In this document: piece after piece, positions 19,653 through 29,024 of the stretch | Layout of the letters: each line of letters starts with the position of its first letter | How positions within the stretch are numbered: the stretch's first letter is position 1 | Origin: Vulcanimicrobiota bacterium | GTDB taxonomy: Bacteria > Vulcanimicrobiota > Vulcanimicrobiia > Vulcanimicrobiales > Vulcanimicrobiaceae | NCBI GenBank assembly: GCA_963833095.1 | Contig: CAWHWQ010000002.1 | Location: 64,001-128,000 of the forward strand | Direction of reading: 5' to 3' | DNA: 64,000 nt | Notes under the pieces: model-generated | Told to the model about the DNA's origin: nothing | Seen by the model: only the letters and a program-made list of their open reading frames with translations | The model's database searches: none | Made by a program: the position numbers and the translations under genes

Positions 19653-20266
19653 CCGATCACCTCGGCGAACTCGCCGCACTCTACGCGCTGGGAATCTTGG
19701 AACGCGCCGAGCAGCGAAACGCAGATGAACATCTCACACATTGTGAGGCGTGCCGCCGCCTGCTGGCTCAGGCCGAAGCCGACGTTGCGGCGATGGCCGC
19801 GGCGCAGCCGCAATTGGAGCCACCGGCTGCGCTGCGCGCACCGCAAACGCAAACGAGGCGCCTACCACAGACCGGGGTGTGGCTCGCCGTCGCGGCGGCC
19901 GTAGTAATCGCCGTGCTGCCCAGCGGCTACCTGCTTGAGCAGAACCTCGCTATGCACCAAACGGAGCTTGCGGATGCGCAAGTGATGTCTCGCCTTGCCT
20001 CCGGTCCACACCGAACGGCGGCCTTTGCCGGCACGGACGCGCAAGTGATGTATGCTCCGGACGGATCGTGGTATTGCATCATCATTCGCGGCGCAACTGC
20101 GCCTCTTCACGTAATGTGGCCGCACGATGGGACGCAAACAATGCTCGGCACAGCGATGCCGCATGGCGACATAGCGCTTCTTTACTTGCCCAAGAGTCAT
20201 CGGATGGACCAGCTTTCGCTGATGAAGGATGGGCAGGTTGTAGGCCAGGCCCTGCTCGTTTTCTAG
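19649..20266 (+). CDS. Zinc-binding anti-sigma factor (RskA-like)
   Basis: LYALGIL, HLTHCEAC (HxxxCxxC-like), single TM; ATGA overlap with sigma. Confidence 0.85.
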   Translation: MTDHLGELAALYALGILERAEQRNADEHLTHCEACRRLLAQAEADVAAMAAAQPQLEPPAALRAPQTQTRRLPQTGVWLAVAAAVVIAVLPSGYLLEQNLAMHQTELADAQVMSRLASGPHRTAAFAGTDAQVMYAPDGSWYCIIIRGATAPLHVMWPHDGTQTMLGTAMPHGDIALLYLPKSHRMDQLSLMKDGQVVGQALLVF

Positions 20267-20281
20267 CCGAAAAGGCGCGGC

Positions 20282-21682
20282 ATGCTGACCGGCTTGGCTT
20301 TCGCCGCGCTTCTCGCTGCAATCACCCCTGCGACACCCGCAGCGTCGATGCACACGTTTACAGCCGCGATGGAGCGCGCGATCGATGCTCTGGGAAATCG
20401 GATCGTGCAAAGCAAACGCTCGCCCGGTCTCGCCGTCGGCGTTGTCGAGGATGGTCGCATCGTCTACGCGCACGGCTTCGGGTTGTCGAACGTCGCGCGG
20501 AACACTCGTTTTGCACCGAGCACCCAGACCTACGTTGGATCGATCAGCAAGCAGTTCACCGCCGCAGCAATTCTCTTGTTGCAGCAAGAAGGCAAGCTCA
20601 AGCTCGACGACCCCGTTACCCGCTACGTCCCCGAGCTAACGATCGCGAAAAACGTTACCGTCCGCGAGCTCCTCAATCAAACGTCCGGCTTACCAGATGA
20701 GCTTGCAGCGACGGACATCGATCAGGATCGCACCAAGAGCATCAAGGTCACGGATATCGTCGCTGCCGTAAACAAAGTTCCGCCGGTTTCGCCGCCGGGT
20801 TCGCAGTTTCGCTATAACAACTTCAACTATCTCGTTGCCGGATTGATCGTCGAGCGCGCGAGCGGCATTCCGCTCTCCGACTATCTGCAGCAGCACATCT
20901 TCATTCCACTCTTGATGAATCAAACGTTCTACGCCGGCGACAGCGGAATCTCACCGCAACACGCGGTCGGCTATACCGGCTCGCCGGGGAATTTCGCGCC
21001 CGCGAAGCCGTGGGATCCCGCCTGGCTCTTCGGCGACGGCGGCGTTGTCAGCAACGTCTACGATTTGGCCAAGTGGGATATCGGCCTGCCGCTGTTACTG
21101 CGCGTTGATGCCGAGCGCGACATGTTTACCCCTAGCGGCGCGCCCGGTGCGGAACAGTACGGGCTAGGGTGGGTCATCGACGAACGCGCTGGAAAGCGCT
21201 ACATCTGGCATAACGGCGAGGTCGGCGGATATTACGCAATGAACGCGCTCCTCCCCGACGATCACGTGGCGGTGATCGTGTTGGCAAACGTCGATGCGTT
21301 TCACTCGCGCTCGGTGGTACAACCCCAAGAGGTTGCGGGGCAGATTCTGGATATCGTGCTTCCGCCGGCGCGAGCGCACGTCGACAATGCGATCGTGGGT
21401 CGCGCTACCGAGTGGCTGGAGCGCATCGCGGACAAGAATATCGATCGCACGCAACTCACGCAGGCGTTCTCGACCTATCTCACCGACGATTTGGTAACGC
21501 ACGCAAGTTCAAGCTTCGCCGCATTAGGAAAGCCCCTCGACGTCATACCGATTGCGAGTGTGTCGCAGAGTGACGGAGGGACGTTATATGAGTTTCTAGT
21601 CCGCTTTAAAAGCGGGACCTATCACTATCGTTTTGGATTGACGTCCGACGGAAAGATCGACGAACTTCTCTTGGCTCCCTAA
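20282..21682 (+). CDS. Serine hydrolase, beta-lactamase/class C family
   Basis: SISK (SxxK), YNN, WHNG; signal peptide. Confidence 0.9.
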   Translation: MLTGLAFAALLAAITPATPAASMHTFTAAMERAIDALGNRIVQSKRSPGLAVGVVEDGRIVYAHGFGLSNVARNTRFAPSTQTYVGSISKQFTAAAILLLQQEGKLKLDDPVTRYVPELTIAKNVTVRELLNQTSGLPDELAATDIDQDRTKSIKVTDIVAAVNKVPPVSPPGSQFRYNNFNYLVAGLIVERASGIPLSDYLQQHIFIPLLMNQTFYAGDSGISPQHAVGYTGSPGNFAPAKPWDPAWLFGDGGVVSNVYDLAKWDIGLPLLLRVDAERDMFTPSGAPGAEQYGLGWVIDERAGKRYIWHNGEVGGYYAMNALLPDDHVAVIVLANVDAFHSRSVVQPQEVAGQILDIVLPPARAHVDNAIVGRATEWLERIADKNIDRTQLTQAFSTYLTDDLVTHASSSFAALGKPLDVIPIASVSQSDGGTLYEFLVRFKSGTYHYRFGLTSDGKIDELLLAP

Positions 21683-21757
21683 AAAATTCTCGATCACGTC
21701 AGGTCGAGGAAGGGTCACCCGATGTGAGTACGAGCAATTGAGGGCGGCGGTGGCTTC

Positions 21758-22045
21758 CTAGTCGTCGCCGTCGGTGAGGCGGCGCCCAGTAGCTTCAACG
21801 ACTTTTCCAAGCATCGTGATAGCCTCAGCACGCGTCGCGTTGCTAAACATGTAGCGCAAGCGTTCGTCCGCATCCTCGACGATCAGCACTGCGCGTCGAC
21901 CGGAGCGAACTGAAGCGATCAGCGACGACAAATACGACTCGTCCTCGGGAGCGAGCATCGACTGCTCGGCGCCCTCTAACGATCCTTCCAAAAGCCGCCG
22001 CAACACGGCGTCTATGTCGTGAGGTATTTCCACGGCTTCCTCCAC
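21758..22045 (-). CDS. Hypothetical protein
   Basis: 95-aa ORF filling the gap; no motif recognised. Confidence 0.6.
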   Translation of the reverse strand: MEEAVEIPHDIDAVLRRLLEGSLEGAEQSMLAPEDESYLSSLIASVRSGRRAVLIVEDADERLRYMFSNATRAEAITMLGKVVEATGRRLTDGDD

Positions 22046-22125
22046 GGTTTTACGGCCGCAATGCTTATCTCACACCGCAACCGTTCAAACCCGTACCTCA
22101 ATTATCGGCACGGTTTGGCGCAACT

Positions 22126-22659
22126 TCAATCCCGCGAACCGCGCAGCCACATCAGCGCGATAAGCGTCTTTGCATCAGCAATCTCACCGCTTTCCACGAG
22201 ATTTTGCATTTCTTCAATTGTAAAATTTTGGACAACAATCCGCTCGTCTTCGTCGGGGCTCGGTTCGCCAGCAGTCAGGCGGTCGGCGTGGACGAGATGC
22301 ATGATTTCATCGCAAAAACCGGGGGTCACGTAGAAGCTCCCGATGAGCTGCGCGGCGGAAGCCCGGTAGCCGGTCTCTTCAGCCAGCTCGCGAAGCGCGC
22401 CCTCGGCTATGCTCTCGCCCGGCTCGGCCGTACCGGCCGGAATCTCCCAGAGCGCCCGCCCGACGGCGTGGCGGTATTGCCGCACTAATACCACCATATT
22501 TTTGGAGGGCGTCGCGATCACGGCGTACGAGCCGCGATGCTCCACGATATCCAACCGCGCGGTCGCTCCGTCGTTGAAGGCGATCTCGTCGGTCCGCACA
22601 CGAAAGACGCGCCCGCTGAAGCGCTCCTGCGATGAGATGACTTGAGGTCTGCTCTCCAT
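22126..22659 (-). CDS. NUDIX hydrolase (ADP-ribose pyrophosphatase-like)
   Basis: EIPAG..EPGE....GALRELAEETGY Nudix box; AGGAG RBS. Confidence 0.92.
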   Translation of the reverse strand: MESRPQVISSQERFSGRVFRVRTDEIAFNDGATARLDIVEHRGSYAVIATPSKNMVVLVRQYRHAVGRALWEIPAGTAEPGESIAEGALRELAEETGYRASAAQLIGSFYVTPGFCDEIMHLVHADRLTAGEPSPDEDERIVVQNFTIEEMQNLVESGEIADAKTLIALMWLRGSRD

Positions 22660-22672
22660 AACCACTCCTAGC

Positions 22673-22864
22673 GTGCAGCAACGCTCCTCGATTCTGGCCG
22701 AGATCGCCTGGCTTGCCTTCTTTTTCGCGATCTTCGTCATCCTCGTGTACGTCTTCAACATCTTCGTCGTGCCGCATCATTTCAACGACAAAGTGGCCAT
22801 CGTTTTCGCCGCCGGGATCGCGGCGGTTGTGATGATCGCGACGCGAGCGCGGTGGCGACGCTAA
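22673..22864 (+). CDS. Small two-TM membrane protein
   Basis: 63 aa with two hydrophobic helices; overlaps trmH start. Confidence 0.65.
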   Translation: MQQRSSILAEIAWLAFFFAIFVILVYVFNIFVVPHHFNDKVAIVFAAGIAAVVMIATRARWRR

Positions 22865-23664
22865 CCGGCGCGCACGCCGAGCGCGTGACCCGCGTCCGCG
22901 ATTTGCAGAGCGTGAAGGGGCGCAAAGAGCACGGTCGTTTCGTCTTCGAGGGGCCGACCCTGCTCGACGAGGCGCTGCGCAGCGGCATTGCCGTCGAAGA
23001 GCTATACGTCTCCGACGCCGTGCTTGCAACCAACCCGACGGTCCGTCAACTCGACGAGCGCGGAACCCCCGTCTACGTGGTGGACGACCGCACCCTGCGC
23101 AAGATCTCCGATCTCGACACCCCGACCGGCTTGGTTGCTGTATCTGCCCAGCGACCCGCCGAGTTGGAAGCGGTGCTTGGCGGGCCCCTGACGCTGGTGC
23201 TGGCCGACCTCAACGATCCGGGCAACGTGGGCACCCTGCTGCGCTCGGCCGAAGCCTTCGGCGCCACGGGCGTGGTCCTCGGGCGGCTCGGCGTCGATCC
23301 CTATCACCCAAAGGTCGTCCGCGGCGCGATGGGATCGATCTTTCGGTTGCCGATCGCCATAGCGTCGCCGACGGAATTCGCGCAGGCCGCCGCCCGCGCC
23401 GGGGTAGTGGTGGTCGGCCTCGCGGCGGGCGGCGCCGCTTTGGAGTCGGTCGAGCTAGGCTCGGCCACCGTGTTGGTGGTCGGTCACGAGCGCCGCGGCC
23501 TGGGCCCCTGGGAGCTTCCCGGGGTTCGCTTGGCTGGGATTCCGATGCGAGGAGCCGCTGAATCGCTTAACGCGTCGGTCGCCGGGTCCATCGCGCTTTA
23601 CGTGCTTTCGCTGCGCTGTCAAGAGAGCCGCGAAGGGCCGAAAAGTCAAGACTACCGGCCCTAA
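22852..23664 (+). CDS. TrmH/SpoU-family RNA methyltransferase
   Basis: DPGNVGTLLRSA, VGHERRGL, IPMRGAAESLNASVA. Confidence 0.93.
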   Translation: MATLTGAHAERVTRVRDLQSVKGRKEHGRFVFEGPTLLDEALRSGIAVEELYVSDAVLATNPTVRQLDERGTPVYVVDDRTLRKISDLDTPTGLVAVSAQRPAELEAVLGGPLTLVLADLNDPGNVGTLLRSAEAFGATGVVLGRLGVDPYHPKVVRGAMGSIFRLPIAIASPTEFAQAAARAGVVVVGLAAGGAALESVELGSATVLVVGHERRGLGPWELPGVRLAGIPMRGAAESLNASVAGSIALYVLSLRCQESREGPKSQDYRP

Positions 23665-23740
23665 AGAGCGCGTGGTACAATCTCGGCATTCCCATGGTTT
23701 TAGGCCGATTTCCGCGGCTGGAAGGAGACGTCAGCAAGCA

Positions 23741-23833
23741 ATGGCAACCAGCGATCTCTTCTGGAAACTTTTCGCCCAAACGGGCTCGATCAGTGCCTAT
23801 CTTGCATACCGTCGGGTTCCGAGTCCCGGCTGA
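23741..23833 (+). CDS. YqzL-like small protein (30 aa, absent from ORF track)
   Basis: GAAGGAG RBS; MATSDLFWKLFAQTGSISAYLAYRRVPSPG resembles the YqzL motif W..F..TG.I..YL; TG-TACAAT -10 at 23676-23681. Confidence 0.75.
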   Translation: MATSDLFWKLFAQTGSISAYLAYRRVPSPG

Positions 23834-23858
23834 CCAAGAAGTCAGCAACGAGTTCCCG

Positions 23859-23887
23859 AAGCGCCCGGTATATGAATCCGGGCGCTT
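23859..23887 (+). terminator. Hairpin between yqzL and pheS, overlapping pheS start region
   Basis: AAGCGCCCGG / CCGGGCGCTT 10-bp stem followed by TGAATTT. Confidence 0.5.
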
Positions 23888-24918
23888 TGAATTTATCCAC
23901 CCAACTTGACGATTTTCACCGCCGTTTCGAAGCGGCGGTTGCACTCGCAACCGATGAGCGCGCGCTCGAGGATGTGCGGGTCGCATTTCTCGGACGCAGC
24001 GGCGAAGTGACGACGCTGCGGCGCGGCATCGGCCAACTTCCCGCGCAAGAGCGACCCAACGCCGGCAAAGTGATCAACGAAGCGGTCGAGCGCATGGAGC
24101 GAGACCTTCGCATCGCGCAAGCGCGTATCGAGAACCGCGTCTTCGAGGATGAGCTCGCGCAGACAATCGACGTGACCTTTCCGTCGATTCCACCTATGAC
24201 CGGAACGATCCACCCCATTCGCACCGTGCTTCGCGATGCGGCCACGTACTTTCAGCGCCGAGGCTTCGCGGTCGTGGTTGGCCCCGAAATCGAGCCCGAG
24301 TATTACAATTTCGATGCGCTCAACATTCCGCCAACGCATCCGGCGCGTGAGGGTTTCGATTCGTTCTTCATCACCGACTCGATGTTGCTGCGGCCGCACA
24401 CCTCGCCGATGCAGATTCGTACGATGCAAGAGCATCAGCCGCCGATCGCCATCGTCGCACCGGGGCGCTGCTATCGCCGCGACGCGGTAGATGCGCGGCA
24501 TCTTTTTCAATTCAATCAGATCGAAGGGCTGCTGGTTGCGCAGGGCATTCACTTCGGACACCTCAAGGGAATGTTGACGGGGATGTGCCGCGAACTCTTC
24601 GGCGAGGATCAGCGCGTGCGGTTTCGCCCGTCATTCTTTCCGTTTACCGAGCCCAGTGCGGAATTCGACACGACCTGTCCGAAATGCAAGGGCCTGGCCG
24701 ATGCGTGCGGCATGTGCGGCGGATCGGGCTGGATCGAGCTCGGCGGCTCGGGCATGGTGCATCCGAACGTTTTGCGCGAAGTCGGCTATGATCCCGACGT
24801 CTACACCGGCTGGGCTTTCGGCTTTGGTATCGAACGCATTGGCCTTGCCCGGTATGAGATCGACGATATTCGCCGGTTCGTTGAGAGCGATCCCGACTTT
24901 CTCGCGCAACTCGCTTAG
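23887..24918 (+). CDS. pheS: Phenylalanine--tRNA ligase alpha subunit (start TTG 23887 or ATG 23872)
   Basis: LRPHTSPMQ, FRPSFFPFTEPS, GSGMVHP, AFGFGIER; CPKC..CGMC insert. Confidence 0.97.
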   Translation: MNLSTQLDDFHRRFEAAVALATDERALEDVRVAFLGRSGEVTTLRRGIGQLPAQERPNAGKVINEAVERMERDLRIAQARIENRVFEDELAQTIDVTFPSIPPMTGTIHPIRTVLRDAATYFQRRGFAVVVGPEIEPEYYNFDALNIPPTHPAREGFDSFFITDSMLLRPHTSPMQIRTMQEHQPPIAIVAPGRCYRRDAVDARHLFQFNQIEGLLVAQGIHFGHLKGMLTGMCRELFGEDQRVRFRPSFFPFTEPSAEFDTTCPKCKGLADACGMCGGSGWIELGGSGMVHPNVLREVGYDPDVYTGWAFGFGIERIGLARYEIDDIRRFVESDPDFLAQLA

Positions 24919-24935
24919 AAAGATTTCCTTCGACA

Positions 24936-27293
24936 ATGCGTGTTCCCATTTCGTGGTTGCGTGAGTATGTAGATCTTCCCGAGGATCCCGAAGCGATCGC
25001 CGATCGTCTGGCGCTCCTCGGCTTTCCGGTTGAAGAGATTACGCGGCGTCCGCGCATAAGCGGCGTCGTCGTCGGAAAGATCGTCACGCTCGAGAAGCAT
25101 CCCAACGCCGATCGATTGCAAGTCGGCTCAATCGACGTCGGCGCCGCGCAGCACCTCACGATCGCAACCGCGGCCACCAACGTCGCCGCGGGGCAAACGA
25201 TTCCGGTCGCGCTCATCGGAGCGAAACTGCCGCACCTCACGATCGAACCACGCAAAATGCGGGGCATCGACTCGCAGGGCATGATGGTCTCGGCAGACGA
25301 GCTCGGACTTCCGGCGGAGTGGTTCGAAGACGGAATCATGCAACTAGAGGCCGGCGCGTCGCTGGGTGCGGACGTCGTGGAGTTGTTCGGCCTCAACGAG
25401 GATGTGCTCGACGTGGAAGTGACGAGCAATCGTGTCGACGCGATGTCGGTAATCGGGCTTGCACGCGAACTCGCAGCATCATACGGCGTGCCGCTACGAC
25501 TCCCATCATTCGAGAATCCGGGAATCACTGCCGATCCCACGCCGCCGCGCGTCACCATCGAAACGCCGGATTGCCTGCGTTTTGTCGCCCAGCGTTTCGA
25601 CGGCATCACCGTCGCGCCGGCGCCCGCTTGGCTACGCATTCGCCTCGCACTGGCTGGGCAGCGCCCGATCAACAATTTGGTCGACGTGTCGAACTACGTG
25701 ATGTTTGAAACTGCGCAACCGCTGCATTTCTACGACGAGGCGCAAGTCTCGGGCCGGCATTTCGTCGTGCGGGATGCACGTGAGGGCGAACGTCTAACGA
25801 CGCTCGATGGGGAGGAGCGCACCCTTAATCCGCAAGCACTCGTCGTCGCGGACGAGAAACGGGCGTTGGGCTTGGCCGGCCTCATGGGCGGCGCCGACAG
25901 CGAGGTGCGCGACTCGACTCGCGCGATCATTCTCGAAGCCGCGAACTTCACCGGCTCGCGCGTGCGCCGCATGTCCGCGCAACTAGGGCTACGCAGCGAA
26001 GCCTCGTCGCGTCACGAGAAGACGTTAGCTTTGATCCTGGCCGACGTCGGCGCCGCGCGGGCGGCGCAATTGATGGTTGCCCTCGGCGGCAACGCGTATG
26101 CGCCGCAGGCCTTTGGCGAAGCGCCCTCCTCGCCCGAGCCGATTTCGCTGACGCGGCATGACGTCACGCGATTGCTTGGCCTCGATCTTTCGGTTGCGCA
26201 GATAGCGCGGCATCTACAGCTTCTCGGCAGCGAAGTGACGATCGACGGTGAGAAGATGACGGTCACTCCGCCCGCGTGGCGGCGCGATCTGACCATTAGC
26301 GCCGATCTCGTCGAAGAGGTCGCTCGAGTCGAGGGCTATGACGCGATCCCTACGGTCGAGCCCGCTATTCCCTCGCATGCAATCTCCAGCGCGCAATACG
26401 ATCTGGAGGATCGCATCGCTTCAACGCTCGCTGGGCTTGGTTATCACGAGATCGTGACGTACGCATTGCAGGGCACGAGTATCCTCACAAAGATCGAACG
26501 TTCCGGACTCCAACCGAGCCACAAGATCGTTCCAGTCCTCAATCCGCTTACCGAGGAGCAGCGCGTCCTGCGTTGGGCGCTCGGCCCCGGCATCTTCGAG
26601 TACCTAGCCAAAGTCGATCGTCCTTATCGCATCTTCGAACTCGGTCATGTCTTCTCAAGCGACGAAGGCGTCCCCAAAGAAGAAGCCGCGCTGGCATTTG
26701 GATTTGCTGCCGAGCCGATCAACGAGCCCCCCTGGCACGACACGCACTTCTTGCGCCTCAAAGGCGACGTGGAAGCGCTGCTGCGCGCCGTTGCCGGAAT
26801 CGAAGTGGAAACCGCGCGCGACATTCGCGGCGGCTATCATCCGGGCAAGAGTGCGGTCGCGATGTGGCAAGGTCGCGAGGCCGCAGCGTTTGGAAAAATC
26901 GATCCGCGCCTGACCAAAGCGTTCGATGTCCGGCTGGGTCTCTATCTCTGTATCATCTATCTGGATAGGATCCCGGAATATCAGCAGCCGGTCTATCGTC
27001 CGCCATCGCGCTTCCCGTCGACGTATCGCGATCTGGCGGTCGTCGTGGATCTCGACGTCGACGCAGAGCGTATCCGCACCGTCGTGCGCAACGCGATCGG
27101 CGAACTGTGTACCGGCGTCACGGTCTTCGACGAGTACCGCGGTCCGCAGGCTGGCGAGGGTAAAAAGAGCATCGCGGTGCGAGCAACGATGCAGCGCTAC
27201 GATGCTACCATCACCGACGAAGAGGCTGATACCGCGATCGCTCGCGCCGTCGCAGCCGTGCGCGAAGAGCTGGAAGGCGCAATCCGCCAGTGA
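24936..27293 (+). CDS. pheT: Phenylalanine--tRNA ligase beta subunit
   Basis: MRVPISWLREY, HPNADRL, DLVEEVARVEGY, SRFPSTYRDLA. Confidence 0.97.
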   Translation: MRVPISWLREYVDLPEDPEAIADRLALLGFPVEEITRRPRISGVVVGKIVTLEKHPNADRLQVGSIDVGAAQHLTIATAATNVAAGQTIPVALIGAKLPHLTIEPRKMRGIDSQGMMVSADELGLPAEWFEDGIMQLEAGASLGADVVELFGLNEDVLDVEVTSNRVDAMSVIGLARELAASYGVPLRLPSFENPGITADPTPPRVTIETPDCLRFVAQRFDGITVAPAPAWLRIRLALAGQRPINNLVDVSNYVMFETAQPLHFYDEAQVSGRHFVVRDAREGERLTTLDGEERTLNPQALVVADEKRALGLAGLMGGADSEVRDSTRAIILEAANFTGSRVRRMSAQLGLRSEASSRHEKTLALILADVGAARAAQLMVALGGNAYAPQAFGEAPSSPEPISLTRHDVTRLLGLDLSVAQIARHLQLLGSEVTIDGEKMTVTPPAWRRDLTISADLVEEVARVEGYDAIPTVEPAIPSHAISSAQYDLEDRIASTLAGLGYHEIVTYALQGTSILTKIERSGLQPSHKIVPVLNPLTEEQRVLRWALGPGIFEYLAKVDRPYRIFELGHVFSSDEGVPKEEAALAFGFAAEPINEPPWHDTHFLRLKGDVEALLRAVAGIEVETARDIRGGYHPGKSAVAMWQGREAAAFGKIDPRLTKAFDVRLGLYLCIIYLDRIPEYQQPVYRPPSRFPSTYRDLAVVVDLDVDAERIRTVVRNAIGELCTGVTVFDEYRGPQAGEGKKSIAVRATMQRYDATITDEEADTAIARAVAAVREELEGAIRQ

Positions 27294-27832
27294 TCTTCGG
27301 CATCCCATGGCCCGATATCATCATCGCGATCATCCTGCTGATTTCGACGTATAAGGGCTTTTCGCGGGGCTTCGTGTCGGAACTCGGCGGCGCCGTCGCG
27401 GTGGTCGCCGCCCTCATTACACCGTGGTACTACAACGGGTCGTTCGACGGATGGATCGAGAGCGTGACCAAGCTCGGCGCGGGATCCGCTCACGTGGTCG
27501 GCATGTTCCTCTGCGGGTTCATCACGTATGCGATCGTGCTGGCCATCGCATGGGTGCTCAATCGCTTTGCCAAATTGCCGCTGCTCAACATCGGCAACTC
27601 GCTCGGCGGCGCGGCGATCGGGTTGGCCAAAGGCGCGGTGCTGATTTGGCTCGTGCTCTTTATCGCGCTGTACTTCCCGCTCTCGCCCGACATCCGCACC
27701 GACTTGCACACGTCACGACTCGCGCCGTATTTCGTACAGCCCGACCCGAAAATCGACGGGGTAATCGAATCGGTGATTCCGTGGTTCGCGCGGCCCGCGC
27801 TCTGGCCGTACTTCCACCGCCATCATCTGTAG
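27290..27832 (+). CDS. cvpA: CvpA (colicin V production) family membrane protein
   Basis: DIIIAII..S.YKGFSRGFVSE, GGAAIGLAKG. Confidence 0.85.
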   Translation: MIFGIPWPDIIIAIILLISTYKGFSRGFVSELGGAVAVVAALITPWYYNGSFDGWIESVTKLGAGSAHVVGMFLCGFITYAIVLAIAWVLNRFAKLPLLNIGNSLGGAAIGLAKGAVLIWLVLFIALYFPLSPDIRTDLHTSRLAPYFVQPDPKIDGVIESVIPWFARPALWPYFHRHHL

Positions 27833-27838
27833 CTTGCG

Positions 27839-29008
27839 TTAGCGAACGCTCGCTGCGGCTCTTGCGTCGGTGAGGATTTTCGCAGCCGCAGCGACACCGG
27901 CGCCGAGCTCGACGCGTGCGCCGCAATCGGCGAGCGCAAGTTCGAGCGCTGCGATCGCACCGAGCAAGTCGTTCTCGGCGACGTCACCCATGGTACCGAA
28001 GCGCACGATCTTGCCGGTGAGCTCGCCTTGGCCGCCGGAGATCACGACGCCATAGCGCTCGCGCAACGTTTTGAGCAACGCGGCTGCGTCGACGCCGTCC
28101 GGTGGATACGCGGCGACAACGGTGACCGAATGCGCGTCCGGGTGCGAGAAGATCGCGCATCCCAGCGCCTCGAACGCGGCACGCACCGCACGCGCATAGC
28201 TTGCGAGGCGCTCGAAGTTGGCTTCAAGGCCATCGCTGTGATAGCGTTCGAGTGCGACGGCAAGCGCGTAAAAGATCGAAATCGGCGGCGTCCATGGCGT
28301 CTGACCTTTGCTTGCGAACTCGCGCGCCTTGCCTAGATCGAAATAAAAACGCGTTCCACGCGAAGATTCCATGACGTTCCAGGCGCGCTCGCTTGCTGCG
28401 ACCATCGCGACACCCGGAGGCGCTGCGAAGGCTTTCTGCGACGCCGTAATTACCACGTCAAAGCCCCAAGCGTCCATCTCGAAGGGCGACGCGCCGAGGC
28501 CGCTCACCGAATCGACGATTGTAAGCGCGTCGTGGCCGCGCGTGACGGCGGCGATCGCTGCCATGTCGTTTTGCACAGCGGTCGAGGTCTCGTTGTGCGT
28601 CAGCAAAATGCCGCGAAAGCTGCGCGCATCGTCCTGCTGCAGCCGCGCCCGTAACGCCGCAGGATCCAACGCCGCGCCCAGCGGCGTGTCGAGCACCTCG
28701 ACCTCGCAACCGTGGACGCGAGCAATCTCAGCCAGCCGCTTGCCAAAGACGCCGACCGGACATGAAAGAACGCGGTCGCCGGGAGAGAAGCAACTTGCTA
28801 CTGCCGCTTCCAAGCCCCCGGTGCCCGACGAGCCGAGAAAGACCACCTCACCGCTCGTCCCAAACACCGGCTTCATGCCCCGCTCCATGCGCGCGAGCAA
28901 CTCGGCAAATTCGGGGCCGCGATGATTGATCATCGGCCACGCCATCGCTTCGAGCACGGGTTGCGCAACGGGAACGGGACCAGGGAGCAGTAGGAGCGTC
29001 TTTTTCAT
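27839..29008 (-). CDS. Class V PLP aminotransferase (alanine-glyoxylate/serine-pyruvate type)
   Basis: LLLPGPVPV, HRGPEF, HNETST, DSVSG, SQKAFAAPPG. Confidence 0.92.
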   Translation of the reverse strand: MKKTLLLLPGPVPVAQPVLEAMAWPMINHRGPEFAELLARMERGMKPVFGTSGEVVFLGSSGTGGLEAAVASCFSPGDRVLSCPVGVFGKRLAEIARVHGCEVEVLDTPLGAALDPAALRARLQQDDARSFRGILLTHNETSTAVQNDMAAIAAVTRGHDALTIVDSVSGLGASPFEMDAWGFDVVITASQKAFAAPPGVAMVAASERAWNVMESSRGTRFYFDLGKAREFASKGQTPWTPPISIFYALAVALERYHSDGLEANFERLASYARAVRAAFEALGCAIFSHPDAHSVTVVAAYPPDGVDAAALLKTLRERYGVVISGGQGELTGKIVRFGTMGDVAENDLLGAIAALELALADCGARVELGAGVAAAAKILTDARAAASVR

Positions 29009-29024
29009 CTTCGGAGAGTTCGTT

